A stretch of DNA of 64,000 bases, taken from a virus. The stretch covers positions 32,001 through 96,000 of IMG/VR virus record IMGVR_UViG_3300045747_000527; one strand, 5' to 3'. Both the position numbers and the translations under genes were made by a program. Of this stretch, positions 36,090 to 44,700 are shown piece after piece (position 1 is the first letter of the stretch; each line of letters opens with the position of its first letter). The notes under the pieces are model-generated. The model was not told where the DNA came from. It searched no databases and saw nothing but the letters and a program-made list of their open reading frames with translations.

Positions 36090-37380
36090 AGCAACTGAAG
36101 AGCCCCGCAAGAAGATCGACCTGTCCAAGATTCCGCGGGACAACCCCGATGACATCTTGGAGGTCATTCAGAGCCTGGCCGGAGAAGGCGTGGTTGTTCA
36201 ACGCGGGCAAGACCTTGAGGGCCGCATGGACCTGCGCCGCTCCTCTGGGTTGGTCACCCTGGACATCGCTTGCAACGGAGGACTGCCAGCAGGAGGTCTC
36301 TGTCAGATCGATGGGAGCGACGGTATTGGCAAGAACCTACTCCTGTACCACTACTTCGCCCGGTGCCAAAAGACGTACGGGGACGACTGCAACATCATGA
36401 TGGTGTGCTTCGAGTCCGTGTACGACAAGGTGTTCGGGCGCAAGATGGGGGTGAAGGTGGCGCTGTCGGACTACGAGATTGACGTGGAGGACAGGAAGCG
36501 CAAAGACAAGAACCTGCCCCCACTTACGAAGAAAGAGAAGGACGTACTGGCCACCGACCAAGTCGGGAAGTTCCACATCGTCCGTGGCTCCATCGCAGAG
36601 CGCATGCTCCAGGTTGTGGCAGACGCCACTGCGACGAACTCCTATCAGATCATGGGCATCGACTCATGGGACGCTATGCTTCCGCAAGCAGGTAACACCA
36701 AGGACCTGGAGGACAATGCGAAGGTGGCCGATGCCTCGGGCGTTCAGACCCGCTGGATGTCCAAGGTCTTCGGGGCACTCACTCCCCAAAAGATCTGCCC
36801 GAGCTGCCTCAACAGACCCTTGGAATTCAAGACCACGGGACCGGCCAAATACGTCTACCTCTGCCGGCATGATGGTTGTGGGTGGAAAGGACAACGCCCG
36901 TACATGTGGGAGAACGAGACCACACTCATCGGCATCCGTCAGGTACGCGCGAACCTAAATAAGATGGGCATGCACGCCCGAGACACCAAGGTGGGTGGCT
37001 CTCACGCTCTTCGCCACGGCAAGATGATAGACATCGAGCTCCGCAAGGGTGAGAGCATCCTTGAGGGAAAAGCAAAGATAGGCAAAGAGGTCAACTGGGA
37101 GATCACAAAGGGGAAGGCAGGAACACACGAAGGACTGAAGGGCATGTTCAGATACTTCTACAGTCCCCCGCGGATTGACGTCGCCAGTGACCTGCTCTCC
37201 TACGCGCTACCCAACGGCATCATCGAACACACCGGAAAGACTTACTCCTTCCAGGGCACAGTCCTTGGTACCAAGCAGGAACAATTACTGCCTGCCGTAA
37301 CTGCCGACGGCAAGCTCAAGGCAGCCCTGCGCAAAGCCATCCTGGTGCACGCCGAGCTAGGGTACGTGAGGTATCGGTGA
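36079..37380 (+). CDS. recA: RecA-family recombinase with Zn-ribbon insertion
   Basis: SSGLVTLDIA...GGLPAGGLCQIDGSDGIGK, MGIDSW, QTRWMS, IRQVR, GGSHALRH, KEVNWEITKGK. Confidence 0.9.
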   Translation: MKPKATEEPRKKIDLSKIPRDNPDDILEVIQSLAGEGVVVQRGQDLEGRMDLRRSSGLVTLDIACNGGLPAGGLCQIDGSDGIGKNLLLYHYFARCQKTYGDDCNIMMVCFESVYDKVFGRKMGVKVALSDYEIDVEDRKRKDKNLPPLTKKEKDVLATDQVGKFHIVRGSIAERMLQVVADATATNSYQIMGIDSWDAMLPQAGNTKDLEDNAKVADASGVQTRWMSKVFGALTPQKICPSCLNRPLEFKTTGPAKYVYLCRHDGCGWKGQRPYMWENETTLIGIRQVRANLNKMGMHARDTKVGGSHALRHGKMIDIELRKGESILEGKAKIGKEVNWEITKGKAGTHEGLKGMFRYFYSPPRIDVASDLLSYALPNGIIEHTGKTYSFQGTVLGTKQEQLLPAVTADGKLKAALRKAILVHAELGYVRYR

Positions 37381-37718
37381 GGGTACTCGCCTGTGGAGGC
37401 CGTGACTTCCTCAACTACGACACCATCGTGCGCGGACTGTCTTGGCTAGGCCCGAGCACCATACTCGCGCACGGTGGTGCCTCAGGCGCAGACACACTAG
37501 CAGGTCGCTTCGGCAAATCCCGTGGCTGGGAAGTAGTCGTCTTCCCTGCGGACTGGACGAAGTACGGCAACGCTGCTGGTCCGATCAGAAACCAACAGAT
37601 GCTAGAGGTGTTCCTGCCTGAACTTGTGATCGCCTTCCCCGGCGGCAGAGGTACCAATCACATGGTGGGCATTGCACAAGAAGTGGGGGTTCTTACAGAA
37701 AGGATCGTACTCCTATGA
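37377..37718 (+). CDS. SLOG/YspA-like (DUF2493) protein
   Basis: VLACGGRDF, HGGASGADTLA, PADWTKYGNAAGPIRNQQML, AFPGGRGTNHM. Confidence 0.8.
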   Translation: MRVLACGGRDFLNYDTIVRGLSWLGPSTILAHGGASGADTLAGRFGKSRGWEVVVFPADWTKYGNAAGPIRNQQMLEVFLPELVIAFPGGRGTNHMVGIAQEVGVLTERIVLL

Positions 37719-38242
37719 AGGTCGAGCTAGTCATCCGATACGTCGGAAAAGGGCTGAACTGCAATAGCTGTGGCAGACGCAGAGAATCCACGCTGTACCA
37801 GCTGAGAAATACACGAACAGAAGAGTTGCTGGAGGAGTTCCAACTCTGCGACCAATGCCAGGACAGAGGCTTCTCCATCGGTTTCAACACCAGCTTCAAA
37901 GACCCGAAGGACTACCTGGCCGCCCGCCGCAACAAACTGTCCGCCGTGATGGAGCACCAGCTTGCCCGCGACGTGCGAGGAAAGAGACAGCCAGGCTCAG
38001 GTAACCAGGACGAAAAAGCAGACGTTCGGGTGATGGGAGACTGGCGGATAGAACACAAATTCACAGAGAACATAAAGGGCTATCACCTGGCCGTGGAAGA
38101 CCTGTCCACCATCATCCGACACGCAAACATGGCGAACGAGTGGCCCGCACTCGTCGTCGCATTCTCAAAACTCAACAGGAAGTTCGCCGTACTGCCGTAC
38201 GAAGTCTTCCTAGAACTCGTGGAGAAAATCCGTGGCAAGTAA
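37715..38242 (+). CDS. PD-(D/E)xK Holliday-junction-resolvase-like nuclease with N-terminal Zn finger
   Basis: CNSC...CDQC; RQPGSG...DVR...IEHK. Confidence 0.65.
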   Translation: MKVELVIRYVGKGLNCNSCGRRRESTLYQLRNTRTEELLEEFQLCDQCQDRGFSIGFNTSFKDPKDYLAARRNKLSAVMEHQLARDVRGKRQPGSGNQDEKADVRVMGDWRIEHKFTENIKGYHLAVEDLSTIIRHANMANEWPALVVAFSKLNRKFAVLPYEVFLELVEKIRGK

Positions 38243-39113
38243 ACTGATCAAACTGCTGACACTAGCCGACCTGTCCAAGCCCGACTGCCAAAAGGCAATG
38301 GGCGAAGTCACCATCATCCCCAGAATAGAAGCCCTGCTTGAGGACATGAACACCGAGTCCATCTCCATGCGGGGTGAACTAGAAATCGGAGACAAGGTCC
38401 GACGTACCCAGGTATTCAGCGCCTCTGAGGTTGGACTGAAGAATGGGAAAAGCCTATGTGGCAAGTACACCATGGGCTGCGGCCGGTACCTCTACTACTC
38501 GTACACAGGAGCCCCTGGGGTACGGCAGTGGGAGCCAAAACTCCGCAGGATTCTGGATACCGGCTCCGCTATCCACGTGCAACTGCAGCTCTACATCCTT
38601 GAGTGCGCAAAGCGCGAGGGGTTCAAGGCAGAAATAGAAACAGACGGCAACCCAGACCAGAACCAATGGGGCATCTCAGCCCACATGGACGGCATGGCTA
38701 CGATCACAACCCCCGAAGTAAAGGTGCGCTTCGGAATCGAGATCAAGACCATCGGAGATGACGGATTCAAGGTCACCTCTCACGTCCACGACAACCACGC
38801 TACGCAGTGTACGATCTACCAGAAGCTGTTCGACCTGCCAACAATGCTGGTGCTCTACTACAACAAGAACAACTCCTTGATGGCTGAGTTCGCCAAGACG
38901 TTCGACGCCGACAGGTGGGACGCTATCGAGAAGAAGCTGGACATGGTGAGGGAGCACAGCCTACAAGGCGAGCCCCCTCCGCACGAAGTATCGTACGAGT
39001 GCAACTCGTGCAAATACAAGGCAGTCTGCCAACCTCCGAGAAAGACAAGCGCAGCGGACACACGTAAACTGTTCACCTCAAAGCCGAAGACGGTGACCGG
39101 GAAGGGGAAGTAG
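38232..39113 (+). CDS. Cas4/RecB-like exonuclease (Fe-S)
   Basis: SASEVG...CGR, GSAIH, HMDG, IEIKT, QCTIY, ECNSCKYKAVC. No CRISPR context. Confidence 0.8.
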   Translation: MASKLIKLLTLADLSKPDCQKAMGEVTIIPRIEALLEDMNTESISMRGELEIGDKVRRTQVFSASEVGLKNGKSLCGKYTMGCGRYLYYSYTGAPGVRQWEPKLRRILDTGSAIHVQLQLYILECAKREGFKAEIETDGNPDQNQWGISAHMDGMATITTPEVKVRFGIEIKTIGDDGFKVTSHVHDNHATQCTIYQKLFDLPTMLVLYYNKNNSLMAEFAKTFDADRWDAIEKKLDMVREHSLQGEPPPHEVSYECNSCKYKAVCQPPRKTSAADTRKLFTSKPKTVTGKGK

Positions 39114-39731
39114 ATGCCAACACTTGAGGTCACATACGAAGACGGGATGCGAGAGTATGAACAAGCCGTAGCCCAGGGAGATGCAGAGCTGGAGAGCCTC
39201 GGCTTTCCGTCCGCACAACGTCCTCGGAAAACAGATGGGGACCTGGCCGACCGGCCCAACATCCCCTCCAACCTCAGTGTCCTCAGCATGTCCGAACTCA
39301 CGGACATGCTCGGGTACGCCACAGAATGGTACCGCTACGCCATGGAGACATTACCTACCGTGGCCAGCGAAAAGAACGCTGCTGAATCCGCACGAGACTT
39401 TGCCTGGGCTAAGATCAGAAAAGCCAAGGAAGGACGAGTAGCGGATAAAGACAACGAAACACGCTGCGATATACGGTACATCAACGCCGCCGTTCGCTTC
39501 GAAACCTGCGACTACAAATACCGCAGGATCAAAGCGATTTGCGACGGCCTCCTGCGAGAAGTCGAAACCATATCAAGAGCTATGGGCGGCAAAGAGCTGG
39601 AGAACAAGATGGAGGGCGTGGGGCTGTCCAACCAGCGACGCGCCTATCGTAGCGGAGAAGCTGGAGCCGGCAGAACTCCCGCGGGTACTGCCCAGTTCTT
39701 CAAGAGGCAACGGCCCCAGCAGGAGGAGTGA
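39114..39731 (+). CDS. UvsY-like recombination mediator (putative)
   Basis: Long helical coiled coil, RVADKD...CDIRY, ETISR; downstream of RecA. Confidence 0.45.
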   Translation: MPTLEVTYEDGMREYEQAVAQGDAELESLGFPSAQRPRKTDGDLADRPNIPSNLSVLSMSELTDMLGYATEWYRYAMETLPTVASEKNAAESARDFAWAKIRKAKEGRVADKDNETRCDIRYINAAVRFETCDYKYRRIKAICDGLLREVETISRAMGGKELENKMEGVGLSNQRRAYRSGEAGAGRTPAGTAQFFKRQRPQQEE

Positions 39732-40195
39732 TGCTGCACGTGTGGTTACCCTTCCTGCCGCCCTCCTCGAACAACATCTACATCCGGCACCCACAGGGTA
39801 AGGGCCGAATCCTCTCCCACGAGGCCAGGACCTTTAAGATCAGGGCAATGAGGGAGATGCAGGACAGTGGCATCGCCTTTGTCAAAACAGAGCAGAACGT
39901 CCCGTACCGCCTCCACCTAGCAGTCTTCTTCCCGCAGGTGGAGGTGGTGAAAAGTTCTGTAGGAGCCAGGTATAAGAAGATCGATCTCTCCAATATGGTC
40001 AAGCTGGTTGAAGATACAGTCGCAGAAGCTACCGGGCTAGATGACTGCCACAACTTCCAGCTGTTCCTGGAGAAACACTGCGATGAGAAACACCCTGGCA
40101 TGTACGTGGGGTTGAAGAGGATACACGAACACAACGTGGGGCTAACACGGGAGGCATACGATGAGCGAGAAGTACGCAGATCTAAACGAAACTGA
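39728..40195 (+). CDS. rusA: RusA-like Holliday junction resolvase
   Basis: PPSSNN, DLSNMVKLVEDTV...GLDD. Confidence 0.75.
   Translation: MMLHVWLPFLPPSSNNIYIRHPQGKGRILSHEARTFKIRAMREMQDSGIAFVKTEQNVPYRLHLAVFFPQVEVVKSSVGARYKKIDLSNMVKLVEDTVAEATGLDDCHNFQLFLEKHCDEKHPGMYVGLKRIHEHNVGLTREAYDEREVRRSKRN
39948..39976 (+). promoter_or_regulatory. Phage promoter motif, copy 5 (internal to rusA)
   Basis: TGAAAAgttctgtaggagccaGGTATAAG with the same spacing as the intergenic copies; ~185 nt upstream of ORF 40161. Confidence 0.5.
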
Positions 40196-40523
40196 ACTCA
40201 TCGAATTGTGCCGGCTGAAGGGCCTCTCGATAGCACACCGCGGCCTAGGAGAGAAAACCCTCATCGGCCTACTTGACGGAACGGTACAGGAGGAAGACTG
40301 TACCCAGGACCCCATAGACGAAGACCGGGACCTCATGCTGTACATGCAGCACGAATACCCAGATCAAACATTCGGACAACTCCACTGCGGTGATGAGGGC
40401 TATTTCTGCCCGAACTGCCCACCTGGTCGTGCCGTAGCGTGCACCGTAGTAGACTTCGAACCAACCCTCCGCAAGGACATTACCAACGAAATGGCACTGC
40501 AGAGGCTCAGGCTCCTGCGATGA
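40161..40523 (+). CDS. HeH/SAP-like domain plus Cys cluster protein
   Basis: LNETELIELCRLKGL...EKTLIGLL; HC...CPNC...C. Confidence 0.55.
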   Translation: MSEKYADLNETELIELCRLKGLSIAHRGLGEKTLIGLLDGTVQEEDCTQDPIDEDRDLMLYMQHEYPDQTFGQLHCGDEGYFCPNCPPGRAVACTVVDFEPTLRKDITNEMALQRLRLLR

Positions 40524-40765
40524 ACCCATGCTGCGCAAACTGCATCCACCTCACGTACTGTGACCTGGTGGACGAGAAGAAGTTGACCGAGAGCTACCTC
40601 TGCCGAGCGCATGAACTAGCGACCGCACCCGAGGTAGCCGCCAACGAAAGCGTCACAGAGTTGTTCGGAGCTTGGGCACTGGGCTTCGACAACCAAATTC
40701 TGCAGAGCCGAAAAACCCAACAGTTTAGAGTGAGTAAAAGAAGGAGACGACACCGCAATGGCTGA
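40520..40765 (+). CDS. Small Cys-rich protein
   Basis: CANCIHLTYC...YLC; ATGA overlap with the upstream gene. Confidence 0.55.
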   Translation: MNPCCANCIHLTYCDLVDEKKLTESYLCRAHELATAPEVAANESVTELFGAWALGFDNQILQSRKTQQFRVSKRRRRHRNG

Positions 40766-41597
40766 TCCAAAGACGACCCAAATCAAAGTCTACACCGAAG
40801 AAGAACTGAAGACCTTTTCCTTCAGTCGCGCCCGCTACCTGGCCATCCAGTACGAAGCTGACCCGACCAAGACCATGAAGCTTGAGGAGATCATAAAGTT
40901 CATTCTGGCTGCCCAGAAGAGGACCGGCGGCAAGATTCTTGCCCGACAGACCGTGGCGAAGCCAGCTACCGCTGCAGTGAAGAAGCCAGCGGCAGAGGAA
41001 GACGAGGAGAAGGGGGAAGAGGAAGAGCCCACGCCCACCAAGGCACCGGCAAAGGCAGCCACCAAGGCGCCTGCCAAGAAGGCCGCTCCAGCAGCAGACC
41101 CCGACGATGATGAGGAACCCGCGCCTCCCACCTCCCGCAAACGCACACCTATCGATGACGACGAGCCTCCGATGGATGATGATGACGAGCCAGTAGCCAA
41201 GCCCAGCAAGAAGGGCAAAGCCCCGGCCGCCGAACCGGAAGAGGTGGAGGATGACATGCCTCCCGCCGCGGAGGACGATGTCGAGGAAGAGGCGAACATG
41301 GGAGGAACAAACCCCACTGTCTCCCCAGAAGCAGGAGGCGAAATCGCGGGACTCCTCACAGCTATCGGGCACACGCTCGATGAAATCGCAAACAGCGTAA
41401 CGGCTCTCACCGAGCGCGTAGAGCAGATGGACGCAGGTCTTCTCGAAGAAGTCGGCATCGTCCGCGAGAAGATGTTCATCCAGAGCGGCCTCCTCCGGAA
41501 GATCTTAATCAAATCCGGCATGGGCAAGGAAGACGTAGACAAGCTCATCGCCCTGTACAAGGCGGACTGGGAAAAGAAACTAGCCGCCAAGAGCTAG
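40758..41597 (+). CDS. Rho-N/HeH-like domain, acidic disordered linker and C-terminal coiled coil
   Basis: YTEEELKTF...MKLEEIIKFILAAQ; D/E/P/A/K-rich middle; LDEIANSVTALTERVEQM. Confidence 0.7.
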   Translation: MADPKTTQIKVYTEEELKTFSFSRARYLAIQYEADPTKTMKLEEIIKFILAAQKRTGGKILARQTVAKPATAAVKKPAAEEDEEKGEEEEPTPTKAPAKAATKAPAKKAAPAADPDDDEEPAPPTSRKRTPIDDDEPPMDDDDEPVAKPSKKGKAPAAEPEEVEDDMPPAAEDDVEEEANMGGTNPTVSPEAGGEIAGLLTAIGHTLDEIANSVTALTERVEQMDAGLLEEVGIVREKMFIQSGLLRKILIKSGMGKEDVDKLIALYKADWEKKLAAKS

Positions 41598-41602
41598 TAC
41601 AG

Positions 41603-41630
41603 AGGGCCCCGAAAGGGGCCCTTTTCTTTC
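41603..41630 (+). terminator. Intrinsic terminator ending the replication operon
   Basis: AGGGCCCC-GAAA-GGGGCCCT-TTTCTTT. Confidence 0.85.
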
Positions 41631-41650
41631 GCCCTAAAATCCAGTCTTGA

Positions 41651-41965
41651 TCATGCCGGAACCCACTTGCCTTCGCGAATGAACCCGTGGTGCTGACAAG
41701 AAAGACAAAGCACCGACGGAGATATGGTCAGCGGGTCAAGACTCTGCACATCCCATCCACGCGGGTCGGCTGGGTTCACGCCCTTAAACGAAACGCCGCC
41801 CCAGCAACGCCCGCCCTTGCCGTCTGGGTGCTCGTACAAGATTCCAGCCTTAACGCTTTCGGCACTGCCGTGTAATCCATAGAACTGAGCAAGCACGCTG
41901 TGCCCCAGGTCCATCGTGCGAGGATCACTCGGGTCCATGTAGTCTTCTGGATCGCGGTTGCTCAT
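41651..41965 (-). CDS. DUF6527-like small protein
   Basis: WDV...PLTISPSVLCLSCQHHGFIREGKW; ATGA-coupled start at 41965. Confidence 0.6.
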   Translation of the reverse strand: MSNRDPEDYMDPSDPRTMDLGHSVLAQFYGLHGSAESVKAGILYEHPDGKGGRCWGGVSFKGVNPADPRGWDVQSLDPLTISPSVLCLSCQHHGFIREGKWVPA

Positions 41966-42699
41966 ATCGGCCCCGCCTCTGTCGGAACGTAGCCACTGTC
42001 CAGTATCCAATTCGCTGGAATGTCAGCGTAGTTGCTGAGTGACGCAACGGAGTTACCAGCGCCGTAGAAACACCTCGACGAGACGGGGGTATTGGTAAAC
42101 ACTGGCCTTGTCACGCCCTGGTCTGCGAGCTTGCCCGGCACACCCGCCACTCCAATGACCTCGCCGAGCGTGAAGTCAGTTCCGCTGTGGAAGTGCTTCT
42201 TGATTCGGTAGACATAGGTTGAGGTCTTCGACACCACGACCGCCGTCGCAGGCAAGAAGGAGACCTGACCCGTACCGACTCCGGTAACGACCCCAACGTG
42301 GTTCACCCCTGCCACACCAGCTCCAGGGATACAGATGCCCTGGCCAATCGCAAAGTCCCCTGAGTTAGCCACCGTAGCTGTCGTGCTACCGCTGGCAAGA
42401 GTACCGACTACGATTGTGCGAAATGCCGACCCACTCGCAAAATAGGGAGCGTCCTTCACGTTGCGCGTTTTGATGGGTAGATCGATGAGCCTTGTTGGCC
42501 AGTAAGGAGCATCCCCCGACGAGGAAGCTGTAGCTGACGTCTTGTCGTAGCCGTACGGCAAACTAGACCACGGGGATACCCCGTCGCCGATCTTCACATT
42601 GCCTGTATCCTTCTCTCGCCCCATTTCCCCCAGGGCAAGAATCGGGTTTACTGCCGTCCAGGCAGCGGCTAGATCACGTCGTACTCTGATTATTGCCAT
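41962..42699 (-). CDS. Short tail-appendage protein with Mtd_N-like N-terminal domain
   Basis: IRVRRDLAAAWTAVNPILALGEMGREKDTGNVKIGDGVSPWSSLPY. Confidence 0.75.
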   Translation of the reverse strand: MAIIRVRRDLAAAWTAVNPILALGEMGREKDTGNVKIGDGVSPWSSLPYGYDKTSATASSSGDAPYWPTRLIDLPIKTRNVKDAPYFASGSAFRTIVVGTLASGSTTATVANSGDFAIGQGICIPGAGVAGVNHVGVVTGVGTGQVSFLPATAVVVSKTSTYVYRIKKHFHSGTDFTLGEVIGVAGVPGKLADQGVTRPVFTNTPVSSRCFYGAGNSVASLSNYADIPANWILDSGYVPTEAGPI

Positions 42700-42718
42700 C
42701 GGCTACTCCTCTATGCTC

Positions 42719-43237
42719 TCACTTAACTGCTATAGCAAGACTCACTGCCGCAGCAGTCGTAATGATCGTCCCTAGCACAAACCCGAACGTCCAAGATCTG
42801 TACCACGCCTGTGACGTCTGAAGCTCTCTACTCAACTGAGCGTTACGAGCTACCAGCGCCGTATTCTGCGCCTCGGCAGCCAGCGCATCCTGCTTGGCCA
42901 CCTCAGTCGCTCGCGCCACCTCTATCTTCTGCTGTGACCGTGCAGTACGTAGCTCAATCCACTGAAGCCTGCGCAGACCCGTAATGCGCAGACCCAACAT
43001 CAGCACGCGGTTCTGGTCAAGCAGCAGCCCTGTGAAAGGTGCCGCAGCCCCCTTCGTCAGAGCCACAGAATCATTAGACAGATCGAGCTTCGGTACCATC
43101 GTATCCTCGTTCGGGATAGGGCAGTGCCAGTTCAGCTCCTTGTCGAACTCTCCGTACACCTGGGTAGTACACGGAACAGTCTGCGCAACCGCAGTCGCGG
43201 GAAACAAGATCAGTAAGATCAAGGCAATGTTCTTCAT
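42719..43237 (-). CDS. Membrane/periplasmic protein (signal peptide plus C-terminal TM; spanin-like candidate)
   Basis: MKNIALILLILFPATAVA; coiled coil; WTFGFVLGTIITTAAAVSLAIAVK. Confidence 0.55.
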   Translation of the reverse strand: MKNIALILLILFPATAVAQTVPCTTQVYGEFDKELNWHCPIPNEDTMVPKLDLSNDSVALTKGAAAPFTGLLLDQNRVLMLGLRITGLRRLQWIELRTARSQQKIEVARATEVAKQDALAAEAQNTALVARNAQLSRELQTSQAWYRSWTFGFVLGTIITTAAAVSLAIAVK

Positions 43238-43246
43238 GGTCTACCC

Positions 43247-44380
43247 TCAGAGCAGCATAGGGAGGGTACTGCGCGCCTCCCATAGTTTGCGAGCCAAGTT
43301 CACCGTCTTGCGGGCACTCCGCATGTCTTGGGCCACGTCCCCGAGCATACCCTGCTGAGGCTGGCCCATAGGCTGCGCCGGCTGCCAGGGCTGTGGAGCA
43401 CCGTAGAAGGGTCCTCGCGGTTCCGGGCCCATCTCCATAGGACCGAAGGCAGCCTTGACCATCTCGTCCAGTACGGCCCGTACAGTGACCGCGGAAATCT
43501 TGGTGAGCTTCCCCTTTGCCGCCACCAGCTGGTTTAAGCGGTCCATAGACACTTCGCTGATAGGACCGAGAAACTTACTAGGATCGTCGTAGTGAATTTC
43601 GAACGCTTCCTTGGCAGACTGCTTATCTGGAAAGCCTAGCATGATCTTATCCTCGTCCGGCTTCCCTGTATCAGGATGCTTCTGGTGTACGACGTACGCC
43701 TTCTCCGCGTCTTTCTTTGGCCCTACGTAGCAGTCCACGCCCTCGCCGTCCGCACCCTCCGTACTCTCGATGTACCCATAGGGGAACTTCATCTCAGTCC
43801 GCCACTTGTGGCCGTCCTTGTCCGTGCCACTTCGTACCGAACCAGCTTTGTTCTCGATAGCGATGGGCAAGCCCTGGAAGTCCATCTTACCTTGAAGCTC
43901 GAACGCAATCTTCAGGAGCTGGCCCAGCTTGCTGATCTTAGTAGGCGCTGGCTTAGACCCTCTGTCATCATCGTCATCGACGATAGGATTGTCCCCCGTT
44001 GTCCCGCCGCCCCCAGGCGTACTGGTCTGCGTACCAACGTCACTCTCGGTCTTACGTTGGGTGACAGGCTGATTGAAGAAGCTCTGGTTGCCGGCGTCCA
44101 GGTCCTCTATGTCCTGGTTAGAGTACTCCCCCGCAACCTTCTCCCGCGGAACCACGTGACCCATCTTGTGAATCTGGCGCAGAGCCGGCATCAACTTGGT
44201 GCCGTCTTCGTCAAACTCTGCATCCTTCTCCCCTCGCTCACCTATCGTGCCGTCCCGCGCAACGCCAGATTCTTGACCCTCGGGCACCGACTGAGCGAGG
44301 CCCTCATTCTCCTCACTGTAGCCGTCAGGCTTGCGCGTAGCGAGCGTCCCGATGCCTCTGGCTAGAACTGGTCTATCCAC
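43247..44380 (-). CDS. K-x-A-motif protein with inorganic-pyrophosphatase-like (InPase) domain
   Basis: FQGLPIAIEN.AGSVRSG...W...M..PYGYI..TEGADGEGVDCYVG...DEDKIMLGF; LKIAF, MVKAAF. Confidence 0.75.
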   Translation of the reverse strand: MDRPVLARGIGTLATRKPDGYSEENEGLAQSVPEGQESGVARDGTIGERGEKDAEFDEDGTKLMPALRQIHKMGHVVPREKVAGEYSNQDIEDLDAGNQSFFNQPVTQRKTESDVGTQTSTPGGGGTTGDNPIVDDDDDRGSKPAPTKISKLGQLLKIAFELQGKMDFQGLPIAIENKAGSVRSGTDKDGHKWRTEMKFPYGYIESTEGADGEGVDCYVGPKKDAEKAYVVHQKHPDTGKPDEDKIMLGFPDKQSAKEAFEIHYDDPSKFLGPISEVSMDRLNQLVAAKGKLTKISAVTVRAVLDEMVKAAFGPMEMGPEPRGPFYGAPQPWQPAQPMGQPQQGMLGDVAQDMRSARKTVNLARKLWEARSTLPMLL

Positions 44381-44691
44381 TTGGCGACCTCCGCAGACGA
44401 GCCCGTAGCCTTCAGCTTCTGGTACTCGGCCACCTGCTCCTGTGACGCCTTGCCCAATAGGGCCTGTGCCTGCTGATGCAGCGCCTCTACCTTCTGCTCA
44501 TGCTGCTGCTCTGACGCAACATTGTCCTGCTTTGGGGGCACCAGCACCGGGGGCTGCGGCTTGTCGCTCTCCAGCTTGAAGCCGATTAGGAGGCCGAGAA
44601 TAGTGAGGGGGAAGAGGACTACCTGCCACGGATGTTTCTTTATCCAGGGCCACGCCTTCTTAGACCAGAATTCTTTGATCACAAAAAACAT
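44362..44691 (-). CDS. N-terminally anchored membrane protein (i-spanin-like candidate)
   Basis: TM WQVVLFPLTILGLLIGF followed by a Gln-rich helix. Confidence 0.55.
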   Translation of the reverse strand: MFFVIKEFWSKKAWPWIKKHPWQVVLFPLTILGLLIGFKLESDKPQPPVLVPPKQDNVASEQQHEQKVEALHQQAQALLGKASQEQVAEYQKLKATGSSAEVAKWIDQF

Positions 44692-44700
44692 GAATCCCTC

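Noticed and set aside
38232-39113. Cas4-like nuclease suggesting a CRISPR system
   Set aside because: No repeat-spacer array or other cas genes seen; standalone Cas4-like exonucleases are common in phage recombination modules.
25798-40765. Frequent 40-100 nt gene overlaps suggesting a recoded genetic code
   Set aside because: ORFs are long and intact in the standard code, all three stop codons end genes, and the overlaps are explained by embedded RBS/translational coupling.
40725-41590. Long antisense ORFs (215 and 251 aa) opposite 40758-41597
   Set aside because: Shadow frames of a low-complexity GC-rich gene; no RBS support or protein-like motifs.
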